Source: Planktomarina sp. (GTDB lineage Bacteria; Pseudomonadota; Alphaproteobacteria; Rhodobacterales; Rhodobacteraceae). From it: a stretch of DNA of 44,452 nucleotides. The translations under genes were made by a program, and so were the position numbers. The stretch spans positions 1 to 44,452 of the forward strand of contig JBMZCY010000001.1 in the NCBI GenBank assembly GCA_049613825.1, read 5' to 3'. Shown here piece by piece: positions 9,255 to 18,564 of the stretch (within the stretch, counting starts at the first letter, position 1; every line of letters starts with the position of its first letter). Below the pieces are notes generated by a model. That model was not told the DNA's origin. It worked only from the letters and a program-made list of their open reading frames with translations, and ran no database searches.

Positions 9255-10670
9255 TCAATCTCGGTTATAGGCGTCGTCATAACGCACAATATCGTCTTCG
9301 CCCAGATAGCTTCCGGTTTGAACTTCGATCAAGACCATGGGTGTGTCTGTGCGGTTTTCCATCCGGTGTGTGGTGCCTGCGGGAATATACACAGACTGGT
9401 TTTCAGCCACCGCATTTATCTGGTCCCCAATCGTGACATGGGCCACACCTTCGACGACGACCCAATGTTCGGACCTGTGTGTGTGCGATTGCAGGGACAG
9501 AATGCCGGATGGTTTGACCACGATGCGTTTGACCTGAAACCTGCTACCAAGGGCCAGTGTTTCATACCAGCCCCACGGGCGGTACATGCGGTCTGTTTGC
9601 TGGGCCCGGTCTTCGCCGATACGGGTCAGTTCGGCCACCGCCTGTTTGACGTTTTGCGCCTGTGACCGGTCTGCGACCAGAACGGCGTCTTTGGTGGCGA
9701 CGACAATTGTGTCGGACAATCCCATACTGACCACTGCAGGGGCATCATCACTGCGATATAAAAGACTGTTGTCGGACCCCACGTCATAGGCCCCACCCAT
9801 GGTTGTGACCCCGTCTGTGCCCGGTGGCCCCATCCGCCAGATGGCATCCCATGATCCAAGGTCGGACCAGTCGCCTGCAAAGCGTTGGACGTACAGATCA
9901 GCCAGATGTTCCATGATGGCGTAATCGACAGACTGGCTGCGCAGGGTGTTCCAGGGGGCAGGGGCCAGTCGGGTGAATTCTAAATCATCTTGTGCATCAT
10001 CAATTGCTTGCTGCACGGGGGGCACCATATCAGCGGCATGGGCGTTGAAAGCTGCGATGAGTATATCCGCACGGGCTAAAAAGATGCCTGCGTTCCACAG
10101 GTGTTTGCCGGATGTTGCCAGCAGATCGGCTTGGGATTGTTCGGGTTTTTCTACAAAGCGGATCAACGGGACAGGTGTTGGGGAAGGGGTGGTGTCGGCC
10201 AGTTCTAGATAACCGTAACCTGTTTCAGGTCGGTCTGGTGTGATCCCGAAGGTTACGATATGGCCTGCATCTGCGGTGGGGCGTGCGGCGTGGATTATTG
10301 CCTGAAATGCGGCGGTGTCCGATACATGATGATCTGACGGCGCGATCAACAAAACAGCACCGGGATCATCTGCAACCAACGCCAGTGCGGCGGCCAGAAT
10401 GGCAGGGGCCGTGTCGCGTGCCACAGGTTCGATCAGGGTCAGCGCAGCGGTGCAATCCACATCAGCCAATTGATCCGCCACAAGGAACCGGAAATCTTCA
10501 CCTGTGATGACCAGTGGATCGGAAAAACCAAACCCTTTGGTGCGCAAAGCGGCCCGTTGGAACAACGTGGGGGCCGTACCGATCGAGTGGAACTGTTTAG
10601 GAAAGCTGCGCCGTGACAAGGGCCACAGCCGAGTGCCAGATCCACCTGCCAGAATAACAGGGGTGATCAT
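9255..10670 (-). CDS. manC: Mannose-1-phosphate guanylyltransferase/mannose-6-phosphate isomerase
   Basis: ILAGGSGTRLWPLSR, FVEKP, WSDLGSW and a C-terminal cupin (RPWG...SLQSHTHRSEHW). Confidence 0.95.
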   Translation of the reverse strand: MITPVILAGGSGTRLWPLSRRSFPKQFHSIGTAPTLFQRAALRTKGFGFSDPLVITGEDFRFLVADQLADVDCTAALTLIEPVARDTAPAILAAALALVADDPGAVLLIAPSDHHVSDTAAFQAIIHAARPTADAGHIVTFGITPDRPETGYGYLELADTTPSPTPVPLIRFVEKPEQSQADLLATSGKHLWNAGIFLARADILIAAFNAHAADMVPPVQQAIDDAQDDLEFTRLAPAPWNTLRSQSVDYAIMEHLADLYVQRFAGDWSDLGSWDAIWRMGPPGTDGVTTMGGAYDVGSDNSLLYRSDDAPAVVSMGLSDTIVVATKDAVLVADRSQAQNVKQAVAELTRIGEDRAQQTDRMYRPWGWYETLALGSRFQVKRIVVKPSGILSLQSHTHRSEHWVVVEGVAHVTIGDQINAVAENQSVYIPAGTTHRMENRTDTPMVLIEVQTGSYLGEDDIVRYDDAYNRD

Positions 10671-10793
10671 AATGGGAATCGTGTTGTAAAAATCATAAAA
10701 AGGCCCAATCGTTAACCTGACCCTTTAGAGACGGGTATTTGGTTAACACTATCTTACGATCACAATGTTTTGGGCAAAAACTGCGATACGCAT

Positions 10794-10830
10794 AAAAAAG
10801 CGCGGCCCCTACGTACGTTAAGGACCGCGT
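10794..10830 (-). terminator. Rho-independent terminator of the small-protein gene
   Basis: Minus strand reads CGCGGTCCTT-loop-AGGGGCCGCG followed by CTTTTTT, with G-U pairs on that strand. Confidence 0.8.
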
Positions 10831-10846
10831 TTCTATTCAGGTCGGC

Positions 10847-11017
10847 TTAGGTGCCGTTGGATGCTTCAACGCCGATAACGGTAACGATTACCAACAGTGG
10901 AATCAAAGATGCTGCTGCACCGCCTGCTGCCAAGCTGCCTACTGCGCCAGTTTGACCGGCGTTTGCTGTTCCTGCGAAAGATGCTGCCAATGCGGCTGCT
11001 AGTACTAGTTTTTTCAT
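10847..11017 (-). CDS. Small 56-aa exported/membrane peptide (signal peptide, Gly/Ala-rich core, hydrophobic C-terminus)
   Basis: Below the ORF-track cutoff. MKKLVLAAALAASFAGTANAGQTGAVGSLAAGGAAASLIPLLVIVTVIGVEASNGT*. RBS GGAGAG is 5 nt upstream and a terminator follows. Confidence 0.85.
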   Translation of the reverse strand: MKKLVLAAALAASFAGTANAGQTGAVGSLAAGGAAASLIPLLVIVTVIGVEASNGT

Positions 11018-11221
11018 GTTTACTCTCCAAAGCTTTGTTAGGGTGACCCCCGAAAATGCATAATCTTTAGTTTCGTTCCAAAGAACAAGGGGCAGTGTCG
11101 TCTAACGGGTGATCTTATGCAAACAATCGCGCAGGGTGTGGCATGATTGCCTGTAATATCGGGGATTTGTATTCGGCAAACCCTGCCTTTTGTAATCCCC
11201 GAGCCCGAATCAACTCTAAGT

Positions 11222-12550
11222 TTACCCCAAAATGTTCCCGACCCCGGGACGACCAATGCTGGAATATGCGCTAAATCCGGCCTCAGCCGCCACATCAGCG
11301 CGATAGATATTGCGCAAATCGGCCATCCGCGCCGTTTTCATCGACGCCGCCATCTGGTGCAGATCCAATGCGCGGAATTCATTCCATTCGGTCAAGATCA
11401 CCAGCAGATCTGCATCTTCGCACGCCGCATAAGGGTCTTCCATCCATGTCACACGGGGCAACAACGCTTCGCCTTCGTGGCGGCCTTGGGGGTCAACAAT
11501 GCGCACATCCGCCCCCCCGCCGACCAAGGCAGGCACAATGGTTAGGGCAGGGGCATCGCGCATGTCGTCGGTATTGGGTTTGAATGTTACGCCAAGGATT
11601 GCGATTTTCTTACCGTTGAATGTATCCCCGCACAGGTCCAGCAGTTTGTCGATCATCCGGCGTTTGATCGCTTCGTTCACTTGGATCACCGTTTCAGTAA
11701 TGCGCATTGGGGCGCCGTAATCAGTGCCAATGCTGGCAAGGGCCTTGGTGTCTTTGGGAAAACATGACCCGCCATAACCTGGACCTGCATGCAGGAATTT
11801 ATCGCCAATGCGTTTGTCCATGCCCATACCATTGGCGACTTGTTTGATGTCCGCGCCCGCGCGTTCACACAGTGCGGCGATTTCGTTGATGAAGGTGATT
11901 TTCGTGGCAAGGAAGGCGTTGGCGGCGTATTTGATAATCTCGGCGCTTTCCAGATCAGTTGTCACGATGGGAAAGTCGCGCAAATACAGCGGGCGGTACA
12001 CATCGCGCATAACTTTGGCCGCCCGATCACTTTGCACACCAACCACCACACGATCAGGACGCATAAAGTCATCAATCGCCGCCCCTTCGCGCAGGAATTC
12101 AGGGTTCGAGGCCACATCGAATTTCAAATCGGGGTTGGCCTTTGCAATCACCTCGGCCACTTTGCGGTTGGTGCCCACGGGCACGGTGGATTTGGTGACG
12201 ACCACAATGCCATCGGGTGCAGTCATGGCAATTTCACGGGCCGCGGCCATCACATACGTCAGGTCCGCATGACCGTCCCCGCGCCGTGACGGGGTGCCCA
12301 CGGCAATAAACACACAAGCGGCATCTTTTAGGGCGGCATCCAGGTCAAGCGTGAATGACAACCGACCTGCGTTCACATTCTTGGCCATCAATTGATCCAA
12401 GCCCGGTTCATAGATGGGCACTTTGCCGGCCTCTAACATCGCTATTTTGCTGGCGTCTTTGTCGACGCAAATCACATCATGGCCAAAGTCCGAAAAACAA
12501 ACCCCAGACACAAGGCCTACATAACCGGTGCCGATCATTGCTATCTTCAT
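11222..12550 (-). CDS. ugd: UDP-glucose 6-dehydrogenase
   Basis: GTGYVG, SNPEFLREG, GYGGSCFPKD, FKPNTDDMR. Confidence 0.95.
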   Translation of the reverse strand: MKIAMIGTGYVGLVSGVCFSDFGHDVICVDKDASKIAMLEAGKVPIYEPGLDQLMAKNVNAGRLSFTLDLDAALKDAACVFIAVGTPSRRGDGHADLTYVMAAAREIAMTAPDGIVVVTKSTVPVGTNRKVAEVIAKANPDLKFDVASNPEFLREGAAIDDFMRPDRVVVGVQSDRAAKVMRDVYRPLYLRDFPIVTTDLESAEIIKYAANAFLATKITFINEIAALCERAGADIKQVANGMGMDKRIGDKFLHAGPGYGGSCFPKDTKALASIGTDYGAPMRITETVIQVNEAIKRRMIDKLLDLCGDTFNGKKIAILGVTFKPNTDDMRDAPALTIVPALVGGGADVRIVDPQGRHEGEALLPRVTWMEDPYAACEDADLLVILTEWNEFRALDLHQMAASMKTARMADLRNIYRADVAAEAGFSAYSSIGRPGVGNILG

Positions 12551-12712
12551 TGTGGGGGGGTCCTTTTCGTACAGGCCGCTAAAGACCTAAAGCATGATAC
12601 TGCCGCTACTGTTTCAAAACTGTTACGGGCCCCACACGGGATTGAGGTCTGGGATATAATAGTGGAAGAGAGCGACTGACTCTATACTACTTTTATAATT
12701 AAGGATTTCTGA

Positions 12713-14059
12713 ATGTCTGTTGCTTTGGTTGTGCTTGCCGCTGGCAAAGGCACGCGGATGAAATCGGACCTTCCTAAGGTTTTGCACCCGATTGCTGGGG
12801 CCCCTTTGGTCATCCATGCCCTCAAAGCAGGGGACGCCGTGTCCCCTGATCGGTCTGTTGTTGTGGTCGGGCACGGTGCTGATCGTGTGACGGCGGCGGT
12901 TCAGGCCTATGATCCATCTTTGGTCACGGTATTGCAGGCGGAACAAAAAGGCACAGGCCATGCGGTCGGCATGGCGGCCCCTGCGCTGGACGGGTTCGAT
13001 GGGGACATCATCGTTCTGTACGGCGATACGCCGTTTATTTCGGGCGATACTTTGCAGGCCATGCAAGCCGCCCGTGCGACCCATGACGTTGTTGTTCTGG
13101 GGTTCGTGGCCGCTGACCCAGGCCGCTATGGCCGGTTGATCGCGGATGGCGACCAGTTGGAAAAGATCGTAGAATTCAAAGACGCATCTGAAGCTGAACG
13201 GGCCGTGACCCTGTGCAATTCTGGCGTCATGTGTGCGAAGGCATCTGTGATGTTTGATCTGATCAACCAGATTGATGACAACAATGCATCGGGTGAATTG
13301 TATCTGACAGACATTGTGGAACTGGCCCGTACCGCTGGCATGTCATCGGGCGTGGTTGTGTGTGACGAAGCGGAAACATTGGGCATCAACAACCCTGTGG
13401 AACTGTCCGCCGCCGAGGCGTTGTTTCAGACAAACGCCCGTGCTGCAGCCCAAGCGGATGGCGTATATTTCCAAGCAATAGACACTGTTTATCTGTCCCA
13501 TGACACGGTTTTGCACCGTGGCGCAAAGATTGACCCTTATGTGGTGTTCGGCCCCGGTGCCGTTGTCGAAGGGGGTGCGGAAATCAAAGCGTTTTCCCAC
13601 ATCGAAGGCGCGCATGTGGGGGCAGGGGCTGTTGTAGGGCCATATGCCCGTTTGCGCCCCGGTTCGAACCTTGGTGAAAATACCAAGGTTGGCAATTTTG
13701 TAGAAATGAAAAAGGCCACATTGGGCGCAGGGTCCAAAATCAACCATTTGTCGTATGTCGGTGATGCAACCATCGGCGTAGACAGCAACATCGGGGCAGG
13801 CACAATTACCTGTAACTACGATGGGGTGCTAAAGCATCAGACGACAATCGGGGACGATGTGTTTATTGGCTCTAACACAATGCTGGTGGCCCCTGTCACC
13901 GTGGGTGACAAAGCCATGACCGGCAGCGGGTCCGTGATTACAAACGATGTAGAGGCCGAGGCTTTGGGTCTTGCCCGCGCAAAACAAATTTCAAAACCGG
14001 GTTTTGCGACCCGACTTAGGGCCGTATTGCAGGCCAAAAAAGAACAGAAAAAAGGGTAG
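12713..14059 (+). CDS. glmU: Bifunctional UDP-GlcNAc pyrophosphorylase/glucosamine-1-P acetyltransferase
   Basis: LAAGKGTRMKS, hexapeptide repeats, GNFVEMKK, NHLSYVGD, CNYDG. Confidence 0.97.
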   Translation: MSVALVVLAAGKGTRMKSDLPKVLHPIAGAPLVIHALKAGDAVSPDRSVVVVGHGADRVTAAVQAYDPSLVTVLQAEQKGTGHAVGMAAPALDGFDGDIIVLYGDTPFISGDTLQAMQAARATHDVVVLGFVAADPGRYGRLIADGDQLEKIVEFKDASEAERAVTLCNSGVMCAKASVMFDLINQIDDNNASGELYLTDIVELARTAGMSSGVVVCDEAETLGINNPVELSAAEALFQTNARAAAQADGVYFQAIDTVYLSHDTVLHRGAKIDPYVVFGPGAVVEGGAEIKAFSHIEGAHVGAGAVVGPYARLRPGSNLGENTKVGNFVEMKKATLGAGSKINHLSYVGDATIGVDSNIGAGTITCNYDGVLKHQTTIGDDVFIGSNTMLVAPVTVGDKAMTGSGSVITNDVEAEALGLARAKQISKPGFATRLRAVLQAKKEQKKG

Positions 14060-14063
14060 TCTT

Positions 14064-15878
14064 ATGTGTGGTATCGTTGGCGTTCTTGGAAATCACGAAG
14101 CAGCCCCCATTCTGGTCGAAGCCTTAAAGCGGCTTGAATATCGCGGCTATGACAGTGCGGGCATTGCAACCATCAACGACGGTGATCTGGACCGCCGTCG
14201 TGCGTTGGGAAAACTGGTGAACCTGTCTGACCTGTTGGTGCATGAACCGCTGGCCGGTAAATCCGGCATTGGCCACACCCGTTGGGCCACCCATGGTGAA
14301 CCGTCCGTGACCAACTGTCACCCGCACAGCGCAGGCCGCGTGGCGGTGGTGCACAATGGTATCGTTGAAAACTACAAAGAACTGCGTGCTGATCTGGCGG
14401 AAAAGGGCATCGCGCATCACACTGAAACAGATACTGAAACAGTGGCTTTGCTGGCAAATCACTACCTGGATCAAGGTCTGTCCCCGCGCGATGCGGCGGA
14501 ACAAACGGTTGCCCGCCTTGATGGTGCGTTTGCATTGGCATTCCTGTTTTACGGTGAACAGGATCTGATGATCGTGGCCCGCAAAGGATCGCCCTTGGCC
14601 ATCGGTCATGGTGAAGGTGAAATGTATGTCGGGTCCGACGCGATTGCATTGGCACCGTTGACCAATAAGATCACCTATCTGGACGAAGGTGATTTCGCTG
14701 TTATCACCCGTGATAGTCTCGAAATTCAGGACAAAAACGGTAACCGCGCCAACCGTGAAATGCGGATCATTGAATTGGACACAGCCCAAGTTGAAAAGGG
14801 CGGCTATAAACATTTCATGGCGAAGGAAATTGCGGAACAGCCTGCTGTTTTGGATCGTGCCGTGAATCATTACGTAAAGGGCGATGAAATCGTGCTGCCC
14901 GATCCGGTGGATTTCACCAAGATCAATCGTTTGACCATCGTGGCTTGCGGCACTGCATTCTATGCTGGCCTGACCGCGAAATACTGGTTCGAACAAGTGG
15001 CGGGCATTCCTGTCGAAGTCGATATCGCGTCTGAACTGCGTTACCGCGAACCGCCTGTATCGCCAAACACCGCAGCGATTTTCGTCAGCCAGTCGGGTGA
15101 AACAGCTGATACGCTAGCGGCACTTCGCTATATGGAAGGCAAAGCGTCAACCATTCTGGCAGTGGTTAATGTTCCCGAAAGTTCCATTGCGCGGGAAAGC
15201 AACGGGGTGTTTCCGATCCGTGCGGGCGCTGAAATTGGTGTGGCATCGACCAAAGCGTTCACTTGTCAACTGACGGTTCTTCTGGTTCTGGCTGTGGAAG
15301 CGGCGCGCCAGCGTGGTGTGCTGAATTCAGCGCAATTTGCCGAAGCTCTGTCCCAGATCAAACGCTTGCCAGGTATCGTAAATCAAGGTCTGGATATCGC
15401 AGCACAGTCCGAGGCCGTGTCGAGCAAACTGGCCGAAGCGCGCGATATTTTGTTTCTTGGTCGTGGTCCTTTGTACCCGCTGGCCATGGAAGGCGCGCTG
15501 AAGCTGAAAGAAATCAGCTATATTCATGCCGAAGGCTATGCATCGGGTGAACTTAAGCACGGGCCGATTGCCTTGATCGACAAGAAAGTTCCCGTGGTCG
15601 TCATGGCGCCAAAAGATAGCTTGTTCGATAAATCCATCTCAAACATGCAAGAAGTCATGGCGCGGGGGGGCAAAGTCGTTCTGGTCAGTGATGCCGCAGG
15701 GTTGGCCGAGGCGTCTGACGGTGTTTGGAAAACAATTGAAATGCCCACAGCGGATGAACTGATCGCCCCGATCCTGTATGCCCTGCCCGCACAATTACTG
15801 GCCTATCATACGGCCTGTGCCAAAGGCACAGATGTGGATCAGCCGCGCAATTTGGCAAAATCAGTCACTGTCGAATAA
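14064..15878 (+). CDS. glmS: Glutamine-fructose-6-phosphate aminotransferase
   Basis: True start is MCGIVG at 14064. GHTRWATHG, SQSGETADT and C-terminal PRNLAKSVTVE. Confidence 0.97.
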   Translation: MCGIVGVLGNHEAAPILVEALKRLEYRGYDSAGIATINDGDLDRRRALGKLVNLSDLLVHEPLAGKSGIGHTRWATHGEPSVTNCHPHSAGRVAVVHNGIVENYKELRADLAEKGIAHHTETDTETVALLANHYLDQGLSPRDAAEQTVARLDGAFALAFLFYGEQDLMIVARKGSPLAIGHGEGEMYVGSDAIALAPLTNKITYLDEGDFAVITRDSLEIQDKNGNRANREMRIIELDTAQVEKGGYKHFMAKEIAEQPAVLDRAVNHYVKGDEIVLPDPVDFTKINRLTIVACGTAFYAGLTAKYWFEQVAGIPVEVDIASELRYREPPVSPNTAAIFVSQSGETADTLAALRYMEGKASTILAVVNVPESSIARESNGVFPIRAGAEIGVASTKAFTCQLTVLLVLAVEAARQRGVLNSAQFAEALSQIKRLPGIVNQGLDIAAQSEAVSSKLAEARDILFLGRGPLYPLAMEGALKLKEISYIHAEGYASGELKHGPIALIDKKVPVVVMAPKDSLFDKSISNMQEVMARGGKVVLVSDAAGLAEASDGVWKTIEMPTADELIAPILYALPAQLLAYHTACAKGTDVDQPRNLAKSVTVE

Positions 15879-16480
15879 GAAACGGGGGGCGCATAGATGC
15901 AGGCGGGTGCGTAAAACCGCGCCTCACCCCCCATCACCACACCGATTGTTTTTAATGCAAACCCCAGATCGCCCCAAAACGTGGGGCGATATTGCACGTC
16001 CAGTACCCAACGCTGGGTCCATGACAATGTTGTTCCCCCGCGCACTTGTACAGGACCTGTCAATCCGGGGCGGTGAACGTGGCGGGCATGGGCCCAATCC
16101 GGGGTCAGGCCCAACATTTGTGGCACCAACGGGCGGGGACCAACGACGCTCATGTCGCCTTTTAGGATGTTCCACAGTTGTGGCAACTCATCTATTTTGA
16201 AACGCCGCAGGATATGACCCACTGGTAGGATTTCAGGATCATCGCCCCGTGTTTGACCCGGTTTTCGGGTCGGGTTTTCTGTCATGGTCCGCAATTTATA
16301 TAAACGAAAGATCCGGCCATTCTGCCCTGTCCGGTCTTGGGTGAAAATCACGGGACCCGGGGCGCTGATCCAAAGGGCCAGACCCGCCAGTCCCAGAACG
16401 GGGGCCACTACAATGAACCCTGCCAATACAAAGATAATGTCTAAAACGCGTTTTCCGCGTTGTTTATAAGATCTGTTCAT
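15839..16480 (-). CDS. Small monotopic phosphoglycosyl (priming sugar) transferase
   Basis: KRVLDI, F.LYKLRTM, DELPQLWNILKGDMSVVGPRP, RPGLTG. Confidence 0.9.
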   Translation of the reverse strand: MNRSYKQRGKRVLDIIFVLAGFIVVAPVLGLAGLALWISAPGPVIFTQDRTGQNGRIFRLYKLRTMTENPTRKPGQTRGDDPEILPVGHILRRFKIDELPQLWNILKGDMSVVGPRPLVPQMLGLTPDWAHARHVHRPGLTGPVQVRGGTTLSWTQRWVLDVQYRPTFWGDLGFALKTIGVVMGGEARFYAPACIYAPPVSYSTVTDFAKLRG

Positions 16481-16593
16481 ATGCAGTGGTATGGCAGGTC
16501 AGGGTTTAGGCGCGGTTAAGCTTCCCCGTGATTTCAAGTTGCGCACCTTTATGGTTTGGGCGCAAATGACGGGAATTTAAAAGGTACGATATT

Positions 16594-17604
16594 ATGGCAC
16601 AGAAAATTCTTCTGACAGGGGGCGCGGGATACATCGGATCCCACACATACTGTGCTTTGGCCGCTGCGGGCTTTGACGTTGTGATGGTTGATAATTTCAC
16701 GAACGCGCAGAAATCTGTGCTGGCCCGCTTGGGGCAGATCACAGGGGTGAATGATGTGATCTGTTACGAAGGATCGGTTCTGGACCGTCCTTTGTTGGAC
16801 CGGATTTTCACCGAACATGACATCGATGCAGTGGTGCATTTTGCGGCGTTGAAAGCCGTGGGCGAAAGCACCGAAAAACCGATTGATTATTTTGAGACGA
16901 ATGTCAGCGGATTGCTAAACCTGCTGCAAGCCATGCAAGCGGCAGATGTGATGCGGTTGGTATTTTCATCATCCGCCACAGTTTACGGCGAACCCAATAT
17001 TGTGCCGACGCCTGAATCCGCCCCGCGTCAGTATCAAAACCCTTACGGGTTTACGAAAATCATGGGTGAACAAATCTTGGAACAGGCTGCTGCCGCCCAC
17101 CCGTGGGCCTTTGGGATTTTACGGTATTTCAATCCTGTGGGTGCACATCCGTCGGGGCTCATCGGTGAAGACCCGTCCGACATTCCTAATAACTTGATGC
17201 CGTTTATTGCCAAAGTCGCGACCGGTGAATTGAAAGAACTGGGTGTTTTTGGCGATGATTATGACACCCGTGACGGGACTGGCGAACGAGATTATATCCA
17301 TGTGATGGATCTAGCCCGGGGTCATGTCTTGTCTTTGCAAAAGCTGCTGGAAACAAACGAAGGTCATCTGGTGAACCTTGGCACAGGCCGGGCCTATTCT
17401 GTGTTGGACATGAACGCGGCCTATTCAAAGGCTGTGGGCCGAGATCTTCCATACGCCATCGCCCCACGTCGGGCCGGTGACGTGCCTATCTATCAGGCAG
17501 ATGTCACCCACGCCCGTGATATTTTGGGGTTTCAGACTGAATTTGGCTTGGACGCGATGTGTGCATCGTCCTGGCATTGGATACAGACCGGGGCAAAGCT
17601 TTAA
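16594..17604 (+). CDS. galE: UDP-glucose 4-epimerase
   Basis: TGGAGYIGSH, HFAALKAVGES, SSSATVYG, LRYFNPVGAH, PNNLMP. Confidence 0.96.
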   Translation: MAQKILLTGGAGYIGSHTYCALAAAGFDVVMVDNFTNAQKSVLARLGQITGVNDVICYEGSVLDRPLLDRIFTEHDIDAVVHFAALKAVGESTEKPIDYFETNVSGLLNLLQAMQAADVMRLVFSSSATVYGEPNIVPTPESAPRQYQNPYGFTKIMGEQILEQAAAAHPWAFGILRYFNPVGAHPSGLIGEDPSDIPNNLMPFIAKVATGELKELGVFGDDYDTRDGTGERDYIHVMDLARGHVLSLQKLLETNEGHLVNLGTGRAYSVLDMNAAYSKAVGRDLPYAIAPRRAGDVPIYQADVTHARDILGFQTEFGLDAMCASSWHWIQTGAKL

Positions 17605-17610
17605 TCGACC

Positions 17611-18564
17611 CTATTCCCCAGTTTCTTTGCCTGTTGGCAGGGGGGCCTTTGGCACGGCGCTGACCTGTCGGGCCCCAGCTTTTTTGCGCAGTCCTTTATA
17701 GCCACGTTCAGCCAGGTTGTTTTCTTTCAGCACATCCCATTTGCGGTAGTGAACTGTGTAAATCTTACGTTCTTTCGGGAAAGGTTTACCGCGTAGGGAC
17801 CCGCCCAGAATAAAATGATGTTCTTCAGGCAGCTGGTTCCATTTCAGACCCGCGCGGATTATGGCCGGTGGCAGGCTCATCTGATCCAGATAAGGACGTT
17901 TGTTGGACAGGTCTTCCAACATGTCGACCTTTTGCGCGATGTCCATCCAAACCTGCGGGAAATTCATCCCGTCTGCGTTGCGGGTCTGTTCGGGGAACAG
18001 CAGAAATCCCGAACTGTAATACGGAATTTTAGGGCGGCGGGTCTGACGCATCAGGGTAACCCGTTCTTCTGGGACTTCCATCCCTAGACCGCCATAGATT
18101 TGTTTCCAGATCTTTTGTGGGCCCCAATACATGGATGCTGCCACGGATGCCGACACATGGCCCGGCTTGATCAGATTTTCGATCGAGTTGCGCCGGATCA
18201 TCAGGATGTCACTGTCCATGAAGCCGGAAAATTCGGTATCACGCGGTTGCAGGCAGGCCAGAATTTTATTGCCGTGGGGATATTCGGGATTGAACTTTGA
18301 CACTGTGTCCATCGGGCGGACCTCGCAATCCATGCGGCGCAAAGCCTCGATCGCGGCGGGGTCCAGTTCATCCATTTTATGGGACGGGCAATAGCCGACC
18401 AGTTTTACCTCTGCCGGCATGTTCTGCCGGATCGATGCCGCCAGATAGCAGGCCATGTACTGATACTGCGGGGCTTCAACTATGAAGAACAGGGTTAGGG
18501 ATGGGGCGGGGGCGGGGGCGGTTGATGAAGTCGGGGCGGTTAATGAGGCTGCCATAGGTATCAT
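17611..18564 (-). CDS. Putative GT-A fold glycosyltransferase (GT8-like)
   Basis: NKI...FMDSD (DxD), DQ.SL and a late VHY resemble GT8-like nucleotide-diphospho-sugar transferases. ATGA-coupled to the upstream gene. Confidence 0.6.
   Translation of the reverse strand: MIPMAASLTAPTSSTAPAPAPSLTLFFIVEAPQYQYMACYLAASIRQNMPAEVKLVGYCPSHKMDELDPAAIEALRRMDCEVRPMDTVSKFNPEYPHGNKILACLQPRDTEFSGFMDSDILMIRRNSIENLIKPGHVSASVAASMYWGPQKIWKQIYGGLGMEVPEERVTLMRQTRRPKIPYYSSGFLLFPEQTRNADGMNFPQVWMDIAQKVDMLEDLSNKRPYLDQMSLPPAIIRAGLKWNQLPEEHHFILGGSLRGKPFPKERKIYTVHYRKWDVLKENNLAERGYKGLRKKAGARQVSAVPKAPLPTGKETGE

Noticed and set aside
12551-12712. Possible glmS ribozyme or sRNA upstream of glmU-glmS
   Set aside because: No recognisable ribozyme core; it looks like an ordinary divergent promoter region.
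13971-14063. 31-aa N-terminal extension of GlmS in the ORF track
   Set aside because: GlmS needs Cys at its mature N-terminus, so the true start is ATG 14064. The extension overlaps glmU.
18503-18521. GGGGCG x3 tandem repeat (G-quadruplex or slippage candidate)
   Set aside because: It is an in-frame hexamer encoding an APAPAP linker and is too short to argue for phase variation.
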